Below the pieces are notes generated by a model. The model ran no database searches and had not been told where the DNA came from. It saw nothing but the letters and a program-made list of their open reading frames with translations. DNA of 38,225 bases from a virus (Duplodnaviria; Caudoviricetes): IMG/VR virus record IMGVR_UViG_3300005326_000035, positions 1 to 38,225 of that record. One strand, written 5' to 3'. Both the position numbers and the translations under genes were made by a program. Shown in pieces: positions 16,264-24,235 of the stretch. The first letter of the stretch is position 1. Each line of letters starts with the position of its first letter.

Positions 16264-16680
16264 TTAATCGAATGGAAGATCATTTTCGGTTTGATTTACT
16301 ACAACCTCTTTTGGCGGAAATACCTGCCCGGCTTCTGATGCTTCGGTCTTTTGTTCCTTCGGTTTTTCGCCCAAAAGCTCCATTGATTGAGCGTGAATTT
16401 CGGTTACATAATGTTTTATGCCCTCCTTATCGTCCCACTCTCTGTACCTTATTTCGCCCGTAATTGAGATTTGAGAGCCTTTTTGTACAAACCTCTCTAC
16501 TATGTCGGCCAACTTGCCATTAACAACGATATTATGCCATTCGGTGCGTTCCTGTGGGTTTCCGTCTTTGTCTTTCCATTTCTTCCCTGTGGCCAAAGAA
16601 AATTGAGCCAGTTTGTTATCCGTAAAAACTTTGATGTCCGGGGTTTTTCCAACCCTTCCGGTTAAAATTGCAATGTTCAT
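16264..16680 (-). CDS. ssb: Single-stranded DNA-binding protein
   Basis: LTGRVG, FSLAT, TEWHNIV, KGSQI, C-terminal DLPF. Confidence 0.95.
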   Translation of the reverse strand: MNIAILTGRVGKTPDIKVFTDNKLAQFSLATGKKWKDKDGNPQERTEWHNIVVNGKLADIVERFVQKGSQISITGEIRYREWDDKEGIKHYVTEIHAQSMELLGEKPKEQKTEASEAGQVFPPKEVVVNQTENDLPFD

Positions 16681-16681
16681 A

Positions 16682-17230
16682 TTATTCTTCTTTAAAAATT
16701 TCGTCGTGTTTTTCTTCTTTGCTCACTTTATTCAAAAGTGAATCGTATCCGATTTCGTCTTTTCGGTTTAAATCCTTGCCAAAGATTTTGCCTATCTTTT
16801 CGGCAGCATCTTTGATTGCGTAGCTTTCGGCAGCCGGGGCGGATTTCATTACTCCATCGTTTTTGGCATAGTTCCAATCCATTGCGCCCTTGCCCGAATC
16901 GGTCTGTATCGGTGCGGCTCCTATCCCGTCCTGCCAACTCCATTCGTCGTTTAAAATGTTTTGATAGTGTAAGCGAACAGAAACAACGCACGAATTAGCG
17001 ATAACTTGTATAGCCCTAACCTCAACTCTCCATTGCAGAAACAACCGGGTTAAAAGGTATTCAATTCTTTCAATAGGGATATATTTCACTCCCTTTGCCA
17101 TTGGGTGGTCTTTTATCCAAGCCGCCTGAGGGGGTTGATTTAAGAGTACATTAAGCGTGTTTTGATTTTCCTTTGTTTCCAGCTCCCCGGAATACAAGTC
17201 TTTTAAAGTAGGTAAATTTTTCTTTTCCAT
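16682..17230 (-). CDS. Rad52/Sak-like single-strand annealing protein
   Basis: YIPIERIE..L, WQDGIGA, AESYAIKDAA..IG..FG.DL; lies between exonuclease and ssb. Confidence 0.7.
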   Translation of the reverse strand: MEKKNLPTLKDLYSGELETKENQNTLNVLLNQPPQAAWIKDHPMAKGVKYIPIERIEYLLTRLFLQWRVEVRAIQVIANSCVVSVRLHYQNILNDEWSWQDGIGAAPIQTDSGKGAMDWNYAKNDGVMKSAPAAESYAIKDAAEKIGKIFGKDLNRKDEIGYDSLLNKVSKEEKHDEIFKEE

Positions 17231-17231
17231 T

Positions 17232-18143
17232 TTATTGATGATTAAAATAATCTAATTTTTTGATTGAATAAGGCGGCAAATTAAGGTCTAAAACTCCATA
17301 TCGGCTTTCGCACCAAACCTGATAACCCGGCCATTTGTCATTGTCTAAACATTGCTTATATAGACCGCAAAGGTGTTCGTATTCGTATCTGCCCTGAGAA
17401 ATAAACTGCGGGGAGGCTTCGAATACATTAAATGCATAAGGTGCTTTTTTCTCCTGAGCAATAAAAAAGAAATCCCACGGGCGATTATCCCCGGTAATTA
17501 GTTCCATAATGTCGGCATAAAAAGCGGCCTGTATATGATGATCCAAGTCGGCAGCGTGTCGAGTAAAGCCGTCCAAAGAGGCATCAATGCAGGTTTTTAA
17601 ATCTACAATAATTTTCTTTTTGTCGTTCAAATGGTCAGGTTTGATTTTAACCTTGATTGCTCCGGCCTCAGTTTCAAGTTCACCAGTAAACCCGATTTCG
17701 TTTCGGCCACCCTCTAAAAGCATTCTAACCTGATGATGTTGCATTAAACGGCCTTTCATTGCTTTTAGTTTTTCTGCATCGGCTTTGCTGATTGTTTGCC
17801 TGTCGCCAATTTCCATAAGTTGAGCGGCTGCCCAATCTTTGTACTTATTTGTCGCTCTCGGACTTTTTGAGCCTTCCCCGATTAAAATGTCGCAAATAAC
17901 CGAATCGTCAAAAATAAAATACTCTTTTTCGAATCTGTCCGGCTCTAAAATAAAACAGTGATACGCAGAGCCAAACAAAAGGGCTTCCGTTTCTTTTTGC
18001 TCTTCCTCTTCCTTGTAGTAGAGAGGGGATATTTTCAATCGCTTCATTGCCGATGCAGACAAATGGTCTTTCGCTGCGTGATACTCGGCTTCTAATCCCG
18101 TAAATTCGGCCATATTGACCGATTTAATAAATGTGCTTTCCAT
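17232..18143 (-). CDS. RecE-like PD-(D/E)XK exonuclease (DUF3799-type)
   Basis: YH...LSAS, FGSAYHCFILEP, KIKPD, IVDLKT, QAAFY, WPGY. Confidence 0.88.
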   Translation of the reverse strand: MESTFIKSVNMAEFTGLEAEYHAAKDHLSASAMKRLKISPLYYKEEEEQKETEALLFGSAYHCFILEPDRFEKEYFIFDDSVICDILIGEGSKSPRATNKYKDWAAAQLMEIGDRQTISKADAEKLKAMKGRLMQHHQVRMLLEGGRNEIGFTGELETEAGAIKVKIKPDHLNDKKKIIVDLKTCIDASLDGFTRHAADLDHHIQAAFYADIMELITGDNRPWDFFFIAQEKKAPYAFNVFEASPQFISQGRYEYEHLCGLYKQCLDNDKWPGYQVWCESRYGVLDLNLPPYSIKKLDYFNHQ

Positions 18144-18164
18144 AATATAGTTTTTAAATGTTCC

Positions 18165-18196
18165 GAAAGTTACTTTTAATTTTCAATATATGCAAA
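18165..18196 (-). promoter_or_regulatory. Bacteroidota sigma-A-type promoter for the recombination genes
   Basis: TTTG-N20-TAACTTTC. Confidence 0.5.
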
Positions 18197-18197
18197 T

Positions 18198-18467
18198 TTA
18201 ATTTTGATTTAAGAAAATACAGTTATTGTCTTGGACATTATCGACTGTCCCGTCTGGTAGAATTATACAAAATGCTAATCCACCCGTATTCAAGGTGTCT
18301 GCCCCTTCAGTAGTTCCGAGTAGTTCACACTTCATATTTTTGTATAAAACATATCTTCTTTCTGTTTTGGTTGATTTTATAGCATCGCACAGTGCTTTTG
18401 TCATCACCCCCAACGCCTCGACTGATTTGTCGAATATTTCTGCAATTATTTTTTCTTCTGCTTTCAT
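18198..18467 (-). CDS. Hypothetical protein
   Basis: 89-aa ORF with an A-rich start context. Confidence 0.65.
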   Translation of the reverse strand: MKAEEKIIAEIFDKSVEALGVMTKALCDAIKSTKTERRYVLYKNMKCELLGTTEGADTLNTGGLAFCIILPDGTVDNVQDNNCIFLNQN

Positions 18468-18566
18468 TTTATTTATTATTGGTGATTAAAATAGTCTATT
18501 TTTTTGACATATCGCCAGAGCAATTTTCAAATAAGTTATCTACTATTTCTTCTATTGTTTTCATGC

Positions 18567-18950
18567 TTATTTTAAATTATCCCTAAATTTTCTTGCCTCA
18601 ATTTTCTGCGAAGTGATAAGGTCGGCCATATCTTCCTCGATTCCCTCGTTTACCTCACGATCCAAATATTTCCGTATCTGATTTTTTACCTCCGATTCGA
18701 GTTCAGGAGTAAATAAATCGGTGTGCTGTTCAGCGTCGCAATCCTTCCAAAATTCGGGTATTGAATCCCAAAAGATAGCAATTTCGCCGTCTCTCAAAAT
18801 GCCAAATTCAAACTCGGAGAAGATACAACCGCCCTCGCACTTGGAGTCAATAGAAATAGTTTCGTTTTCGTGCTTCAGAAGTAGCCCGTGTTCAACCTTC
18901 GAGTCTAAAAAGGTGTCTAATTTTTGATAAAAAACTTGTGTAGGTGTCAT
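18567..18950 (-). CDS. Hypothetical acidic protein
   Basis: ATGA overlap with the upstream gene. Confidence 0.7.
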   Translation of the reverse strand: MTPTQVFYQKLDTFLDSKVEHGLLLKHENETISIDSKCEGGCIFSEFEFGILRDGEIAIFWDSIPEFWKDCDAEQHTDLFTPELESEVKNQIRKYLDREVNEGIEEDMADLITSQKIEARKFRDNLK

Positions 18951-19162
18951 AGCATTATCTCTTTATTAACCCCATATTTTTTGAATAAGTCAAGTATCTT
19001 AAATAGTTTGTTCGCCTTAATTTCGGTAGAACCATTAAAGTACCTATATCTCTGCACCTCTGCAACTCCTAAGATATTTCGTGCCTCTTTTTTAAAAGCC
19101 TCAATTTCGGGCTTTGTTTTTGTCAGCTTGATTTGCTGAAATCCTTTTTTTAGATTATACAT
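18947..19162 (-). CDS. Possible Cro-like HTH protein
   Basis: ARNILGV...YRYFNG.TE...ILDLFKKYGV; start taken at MYNLKKG. Confidence 0.55.
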   Translation of the reverse strand: MYNLKKGFQQIKLTKTKPEIEAFKKEARNILGVAEVQRYRYFNGSTEIKANKLFKILDLFKKYGVNKEIML

Positions 19163-19604
19163 TTTCGATAAGTTTATAAGAAGCAAACCGCTTCTTGCCG
19201 TTAGTAATCATAGTCGTTTCGATATTGTAGCCCTCTTTGCGGAGGTTAAAAATAGCGTCGCCACTATTCCAAATGCTGAACATTTTCAAGGCCTCTAATT
19301 TGGTTATTGATTTGCCGGTTTTCAGATAGTCCAAAATCTGCTTTTTTTGGGTTTCGTGCAGGTCTTCGGGTTCGGGTTGTTCGGGAGTGCTTTTGAGCTT
19401 GTAAAATTCTTCGCATAGTTTAGACCAAAATGAAACTCCTTCTTTAGTATTTTTCCATAAAAAAGACGTTGCAATGCCGTCTATATTAGATGGTACATAG
19501 CCATCATCAAGCCCGTGATGTTCGCAATTAAAAACGAATTGCTCCTTCAGTCCTTTCTCGATTAAGAATTTTTCCAATCGATTAGATAGTTCAATGGTTT
19601 CCAT
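19155..19604 (-). CDS. Protein with C-terminal winged HTH
   Basis: TQKKQILDYLKTGKSITKLEAL...IFNLRKEGYNIET. Confidence 0.75.
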   Translation of the reverse strand: METIELSNRLEKFLIEKGLKEQFVFNCEHHGLDDGYVPSNIDGIATSFLWKNTKEGVSFWSKLCEEFYKLKSTPEQPEPEDLHETQKKQILDYLKTGKSITKLEALKMFSIWNSGDAIFNLRKEGYNIETTMITNGKKRFASYKLIENV

Positions 19605-19987
19605 TACGCTTTGTTATTAAGATTAAAGTTTGAATTTCTGAAAATAATGTAGCCCAAAAGTGCATAGGCTGCAAATGCCCCAAAATAGAGCCAAAAATAC
19701 CCCTCTGACAGATTATCTATCATTCCGCAAAGGAATAATGCCACCCCGAATACATAGACGCCTAAAATCGCCTCTTTTGCGATATTCATTTCTTTCGGTT
19801 TTTCGGGTTCGGTGCAAACATCGTGGATTGTTTCACTTCCGTAGACTTTATTGTAGCACTCACGGCAGCATTGCCCGGCTCCCTCAACATAGTAAGGTCT
19901 TAATTCGGTTGGTGTGTTCTTGTCGATGTGGGTGTTTTTTCCACATAGTACGCAAAATTCTGTTTTCATAAAATTGTTTTTAAGCAT
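19604..19987 (-). CDS. Membrane protein with N-terminal Zn-binding motif
   Basis: CVLCG...YVEGAGQCCREC followed by two TM helices. Confidence 0.7.
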   Translation of the reverse strand: MLKNNFMKTEFCVLCGKNTHIDKNTPTELRPYYVEGAGQCCRECYNKVYGSETIHDVCTEPEKPKEMNIAKEAILGVYVFGVALFLCGMIDNLSEGYFWLYFGAFAAYALLGYIIFRNSNFNLNNKA

Positions 19988-19990
19988 TAA

Positions 19991-20152
19991 TTATTCGTCT
20001 CCAAACGGGGTATATCCCTCTGAACTTGTATCGTATTCTTCGGGGTCCCTGAGTTGATCCCCTGCCCTGTTGTAATAAATACCGTTTTCATCTTGCATTT
20101 CATAAGTGCCCGATGGTTCGTAATAGGCCCTATTCAGTTCACTTGTTTTCAT
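19991..20152 (-). CDS. Small acidic early protein (53 aa; not in the ORF track)
   Basis: Manual translation MKTSELNRAYYEPSG...DPEEYDTSSEGYTPFGDE*; strong A-rich start context. Confidence 0.7.
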   Translation of the reverse strand: MKTSELNRAYYEPSGTYEMQDENGIYYNRAGDQLRDPEEYDTSSEGYTPFGDE

Positions 20153-20188
20153 TGTAGTAGTTTTTAAATTGCTTTTATTTTTTTTATA

Positions 20189-20374
20189 TTATCCGCGAAC
20201 ACCACCATTGTAAACTCTTACAAGTTTGCCGTAATAGTGTTTGCTATAATTTGCTTTATCTGCCTTAAATAGTTTGTAAGCATCTTTTATATTTGATGCG
20301 ATGTAATAAATTTGGGTAGGTCTTCCCATTGAATCTTTAACCTCGTAAGTGTTTGCCTGTTCTGTTGTTTTCAT
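20189..20374 (-). CDS. Hypothetical early protein
   Basis: First ORF after the early promoter. Confidence 0.7.
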   Translation of the reverse strand: MKTTEQANTYEVKDSMGRPTQIYYIASNIKDAYKLFKADKANYSKHYYGKLVRVYNGGVRG

Positions 20375-20395
20375 TTTCGTAGTTGTTTTGTATTA

Positions 20396-20427
20396 CAAAG
20401 TAAAGCATTATTTTCTTATCCTGCAAA
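20396..20427 (-). promoter_or_regulatory. Putative early promoter
   Basis: TTTG-N20-TTACTTTG, directly upstream of the first early gene. Confidence 0.6.
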
Positions 20428-20443
20428 TATTATTTGCTTATTT

Positions 20444-20473
20444 TGTTAAGAAAATGTTAAGAAAATGTTAAGA
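20444..20473. repeat. 11-bp tandem repeat TGTTAAGAAAA, about 2.7 copies
   Basis: Read directly. Confidence 0.85.
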
Positions 20474-20490
20474 TTTTAGTTTTGATTCCT

Positions 20491-20593
20491 ACTTTTGGCA
20501 GTGTTTCGCTACGACTTTTGGCGGTGTTTTAGTACGAGTTTTTGCGGGTTAAACTCTCTTTAACTTTACGATTTGGCAGCGTTTTGCTTTACG
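20491..20593. repeat. Degenerate 23-bp direct repeats
   Basis: acttttggcagtgtttcgctacg / acttttggcggtgttttagtacg, plus partial copies at 20537 and 20567-20593. Confidence 0.75.
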
Positions 20594-20699
20594 TTTTGTC
20601 GCAAATTATTGCTTTATTTCGGACAAACAAAAGCCCATATTTTAGCGATTACACACAATAAATGCCAATTATGTGTATAATTTCACACATTAGGCACAT

Positions 20700-20729
20700 A
20701 AAAAGAGAGCAACCCTAAGGCTACTCTCT
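20700..20729 (-). terminator. Intrinsic terminator (end of the late operon / candidate sRNA)
   Basis: AGAGAGTAGCC-TTAG-GGTTGCTCTCT-TTTT. Confidence 0.8.
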
Positions 20730-20773
20730 CCCACTTTAAAAACTAAACTATGAAAAAATCCCTTTCGGGCGAA

Positions 20774-20804
20774 CAAATATAAGTTTAATATTTGAATCTA
20801 CAAA
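20774..20804 (-). promoter_or_regulatory. Consensus Bacteroidota promoter driving a ~70-nt non-coding unit
   Basis: Exact TTTG-N19-TATATTTG. Confidence 0.7.
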
Positions 20805-20812
20805 AATATTTC

Positions 20813-21025
20813 TTATCTGAACCCGAAAAAATCTTTTATAAAATTCGGATCTGTCGCTTTCGGCAAAACTTTAACGGTCTTATAGTAGTAGATATTCTTT
20901 GTACCCATTTTCTTCTCAACCTTATTCATCGCATCAAAGGCGTTTTCGGCATCCACCCTTGTACGCATCTTCTTTCCGTTAATCTCAAAAAATACTTCGT
21001 ATTTCATTTTAAAATCTATTGTCAT
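20813..21025 (-). CDS. Hypothetical protein
   Basis: TAATG overlap with the upstream gene. Confidence 0.7.
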   Translation of the reverse strand: MTIDFKMKYEVFFEINGKKMRTRVDAENAFDAMNKVEKKMGTKNIYYYKTVKVLPKATDPNFIKDFFGFR

Positions 21026-22038
21026 TAAGTAAGTATTTTCTTTCCGTAAATAATTTTATTCTCAAACTCAAAATCGCCTGAAGCGTCTTTTTGCCCTATT
21101 CCAAAACCATTTGTCCAATCGTTTTTAGGGTTATATGCCGGGTTTAAATTACACATACAGCCCAAAGTCCACGATCCAATCGGTTCGCCTTTAAGGTTCA
21201 TTCTTATATCCCTTTGGGAAATATGCGAGTGTGCTGAAACAACATTTTGTTTTGCTTTATTTAATCGATTATAGGCTGCGTGAATACCTCCGCCCCCCTG
21301 GTATTCGTGCCCGTGAATACAACCAAGTTTCCCGTATTCAATTACTCTGTGCCCTTCGACAAATTGCGTGTTAGTTCCTTCGTAAAACAGATAATCATAA
21401 TAACTCTCTAAACCCTGAATTTCCGGCATTTTAGCGGCCAGTCTTTGAATATGTAATTCCCTTCGTATGTCGTGGTTTCCTTTCTTTAGGACCACATAAC
21501 CGAAAGTATCTTGCAAGAGCTTTAAAATATCTTGCCCCCATTCTCTCTCGTTTTCAAATTGTTGAACTATTGAAGGATTTTTGTCAAACTTGCTATCCCC
21601 GTAAAAGTCCATAAAGTCGCCTAAAATTATAACTGAATCGCACTTTTGTTTTATCCCGTCATTTATGGCTATCTCCAGGGCCTGGCGATTGTAAAACCTC
21701 GAATGTAAATCTGCGATAAAAAGAGTTGATTTATAGCCTTCCGGCATAATAAAAGGTGCTGAGTTCACTAATTCATGAACAGGCTCGGAAATAAGCGCAA
21801 ATTTAGCCGCCAAAGCCTCTGATTTATTATTTACAGATACCCCTCCTTTTGCCCCAAGTGCCCTGCGGACATACTCACGGCAATCTTCTTGGTCCTTAAA
21901 AACATCAGGATATTCACTTAAAAGGACTGTCCCGATGAAGTTTTTTGAATAGCCTCGCTTGGTTCTTATTCCTATTTCAATGTACTTTTTAATTATCTCT
22001 CTTGCTAAATCAAGCTTCCCGTTATGTACTCCCGTCAT
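21025..22038 (-). CDS. Calcineurin-like metallophosphoesterase
   Basis: IADLH, LGDFMD, KGNHD, IHGHE, AHSH motifs. Confidence 0.88.
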   Translation of the reverse strand: MTGVHNGKLDLAREIIKKYIEIGIRTKRGYSKNFIGTVLLSEYPDVFKDQEDCREYVRRALGAKGGVSVNNKSEALAAKFALISEPVHELVNSAPFIMPEGYKSTLFIADLHSRFYNRQALEIAINDGIKQKCDSVIILGDFMDFYGDSKFDKNPSIVQQFENEREWGQDILKLLQDTFGYVVLKKGNHDIRRELHIQRLAAKMPEIQGLESYYDYLFYEGTNTQFVEGHRVIEYGKLGCIHGHEYQGGGGIHAAYNRLNKAKQNVVSAHSHISQRDIRMNLKGEPIGSWTLGCMCNLNPAYNPKNDWTNGFGIGQKDASGDFEFENKIIYGKKILT

Positions 22039-22041
22039 ACT

Positions 22042-22539
22042 TTAGAATTTAAATGAAACACCGGCAACAATGGCAGGGCCAAAATGGATTTGCTTATTGG
22101 AATACATAGCTCCATAGCCGGCCGTAACGCCGATTGTTATTCTTGCAGGCTTTTTATAGACAGTATTTGCGATAGTAGAATAGATTGTTTTTGGAAAAAC
22201 TTTTATTGAATCTAAGTTAGGCTTGTACCCACTCACCCACGCCTGATATAATGAATCTTTTGCGTAGTATTTTTGAGTCTTAGGCACTACTTGGTACAAT
22301 GTGTCGTTTATTCTTATAGTATCCTTAATTGGCACTAAAAGGGTATCTATGACCTTCTCGGAAAGATAAACCGGTTTGATGATTTTGATAGTATCTAATT
22401 TAATTATTATAGTCGTATCTCTAATAACTTTCCCTTCGTTGGATTTTAAGACTCGTATTCTATGTAAAGCGATGTTGAAAGCGATAATTAAAACTATGAT
22501 AACGCCCAGCATTACTATATACCATTTGTATTTACTCAT
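22042..22539 (-). CDS. Putative spanin-like lysis accessory protein
   Basis: N-terminal TM helix, repeated D-T/S-hydrophobic motifs, C-terminal amphipathic beta hairpin ending in F; follows the endolysin. Confidence 0.55.
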   Translation of the reverse strand: MSKYKWYIVMLGVIIVLIIAFNIALHRIRVLKSNEGKVIRDTTIIIKLDTIKIIKPVYLSEKVIDTLLVPIKDTIRINDTLYQVVPKTQKYYAKDSLYQAWVSGYKPNLDSIKVFPKTIYSTIANTVYKKPARITIGVTAGYGAMYSNKQIHFGPAIVAGVSFKF

Positions 22540-22973
22540 AATGTTTCCCTTAATTTTATATCTTGAAATCCTATCTTTGATGTCGGATCCTCGTACTGAA
22601 ATTTATAACAGACATTTTGAATCCAATTGCCCCCGTGCGCGTATGAGAAGTGAAGGTGCGCCCCTGTTCCTAAACCTGTATTCCCCGAAAGAGCCAATAA
22701 AGAACCCTGTATAACTGCCTCACCCTGTCTCACCCTGAACTCCGAAAGGTGGCAAAAGCCGTATCTTTCGCCCGTGTAGTAATCTCTTAAAATGATTGTC
22801 TTTCCGCCCGTTTGGTGTGTGTAGACCTGCATCACTATCCCATTGCAAGGCGCGTAAACCGGTGTGCCGATTGAGCAGCCTATGTCCACTCCGTTATGAA
22901 ATGATTTTTTCCCGGTTACTGGGTGGGTCCTGTACCCAAAATTAGACGTTATTCGTCCCTCGCAAACTTTCAT
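22536..22973 (-). CDS. M23 family peptidase (endolysin)
   Basis: ITSNFGYRTHPVTG..SFHNGVD, HLS, GNTG..TGAHLHF. Confidence 0.92.
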   Translation of the reverse strand: MKVCEGRITSNFGYRTHPVTGKKSFHNGVDIGCSIGTPVYAPCNGIVMQVYTHQTGGKTIILRDYYTGERYGFCHLSEFRVRQGEAVIQGSLLALSGNTGLGTGAHLHFSYAHGGNWIQNVCYKFQYEDPTSKIGFQDIKLRETL

Positions 22974-23421
22974 TGTCTTCTATTTTTTCGCCTGTTTCCT
23001 CAACTTTCTTTTTTACCATATTTGAAATTGAGTTAAACACGCCCCATTTAGTAATCTGAAATCCATTTTTTGCTATCGAAAAAAGCAGAACCCCGGATAT
23101 GAACCATCCTACAAATTTATAGGTCGAAATATAATCCTGCATAAAGACAGTATCCCAAATGTATGTAAGAATAATTAGAACTACTGATATTAACGCTCTT
23201 GGTGCTGTGTTGTGCCAAAATATTTTTGCATTAAAGCCCTCGCCCCTCAGCTTCTTTGCTGCCCAATAACCAAAAATGGCATCAAGCACGAAAAATAATA
23301 AAACCACATGAACAATATTTTTTACCGGAACTAAATAACCAACTATGTTTAATAGTATCCCCGTCAAGCACGCCCAAGCGTTTTCAATGGCATCCCTCAG
23401 CCAAGATAATGTCCTCATCAT
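22942..23421 (-). CDS. Phage holin
   Basis: Three to four TM segments, LD...G..AA motif, charged C-terminus; precedes the endolysin; adjacent Met-Met start. Confidence 0.75.
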   Translation of the reverse strand: MMRTLSWLRDAIENAWACLTGILLNIVGYLVPVKNIVHVVLLFFVLDAIFGYWAAKKLRGEGFNAKIFWHNTAPRALISVVLIILTYIWDTVFMQDYISTYKFVGWFISGVLLFSIAKNGFQITKWGVFNSISNMVKKKVEETGEKIEDNESLRGTNNV

Positions 23422-23444
23422 ATGCCCTCAATCTAAAATTTAGT

Positions 23445-23510
23445 TAAATATAGCAATAAAAAAAGGGGCAAGTCATAAACTCACCCCTTTACAATTTATT
23501 TATTAACCTA
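23445..23510 (-). promoter_or_regulatory. Putative late promoter for the lysis genes
   Basis: 16/19 match to the late motif (23492-23510), 39-nt spacer, TATATTTA (23445-23452). Confidence 0.6.
23458..23490 (-). terminator. Intrinsic terminator
   Basis: AAAAGGGGTGAGT-TTATG-ACTTGCCCC-TTTTTTT. Confidence 0.75.
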
Positions 23511-23987
23511 ATCTTTTAAGAAATTGGCAAGAATTGTCAGATAACCAAATTCAATATTGATGTCCTCGATTTTTTCCGTGTCAATCAGGAATAACTCAAT
23601 GTCGTTTTCTTCTTCCATCGCCTTGTTGTACTCGATCATTAATTTGGCGTGGTCTTTTTGCTCTTTTTCGGTCAGCATCTCAATGCCGTCAATAAGGGTA
23701 AGAAGTTTTTTAGGCTCCTTTTTGTCTTTGATGTCAAGAACCTTATCCGCTTCATTCTCTTTATTGATTATTTCGTTTTGTACTTTGATAAGTTCAAAGG
23801 CCTTGTTTTCGAGTTCTACCAACTTAGGATTGATGCTCTTGTTAATCAATTCAACCGCTTTTTCAAGTCGTTTGATATTCCGGTTCAAAGCATAATTCAA
23901 AGTGAAGTTCGTGATTTTATTATCGGCACAATACCCGATTAAAATTTGTGTGTCTCTGTAAAGTTTGTTTACCTCTGCGTGTTTCAT
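23508..23987 (-). CDS. Hypothetical coiled-coil protein (tail-fibre-assembly position)
   Basis: YALNRNIKRLE pattern; own TATATTTG element at 24023-24030. Confidence 0.7.
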   Translation of the reverse strand: MKHAEVNKLYRDTQILIGYCADNKITNFTLNYALNRNIKRLEKAVELINKSINPKLVELENKAFELIKVQNEIINKENEADKVLDIKDKKEPKKLLTLIDGIEMLTEKEQKDHAKLMIEYNKAMEEENDIELFLIDTEKIEDINIEFGYLTILANFLKD

Positions 23988-24049
23988 AGACTAATTTTTA
24001 AATGATTAATTAAAATGTCGTTCAAATATAACTAAATTTTTTAAATAAC

Positions 24050-24077
24050 AAAAGAAAGGGGGAAATTAATCCCCCTT
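24050..24077 (-). terminator. Intrinsic terminator after the tail genes
   Basis: AAGGGGGA-TTAATT-TCCCCCTT followed by TCTTTT. Confidence 0.7.
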
Positions 24078-24080
24078 ATC

Positions 24081-24224
24081 TTACTTGTAAATCGGTTTTG
24101 TAGGGTCTTGGTAGTTTTCGTCCTCCTTGCCGCCCTGTCCGCCCTTGGTGTCTTTCTTTGGATTCTTAAAATAGAGTAACAGCCCTATTGCGATTACTAC
24201 TGCGAAAATGATTAATGCTGTCAT
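24081..24224 (-). CDS. Small single-TM membrane protein (47 aa; not in the ORF track)
   Basis: Manual translation MTALIIFAVVIAIGLLLYFKNPKKDTKGGQGGKEDENYQDPTKPIYK*. Confidence 0.65.
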   Translation of the reverse strand: MTALIIFAVVIAIGLLLYFKNPKKDTKGGQGGKEDENYQDPTKPIYK

Positions 24225-24235
24225 TGCTTTTAATG

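Noticed and set aside
18496-18564. 22-codon ORF MKTIEEIVDNLFENCSGDMSKK
   Set aside because: Too short to support as a gene; may be a remnant, noted under the 31-bp repeat finding.
20491-20593. Possible mini CRISPR array
   Set aside because: The repeats are adjacent and degenerate with no unique spacers; no cas genes.
20750-20782. Plus-strand micro-ORF MKKSLSGEQI with a good start context
   Set aside because: Only 10 codons, and the promoter and terminator polarity fit a minus-strand RNA better; not fully excluded.
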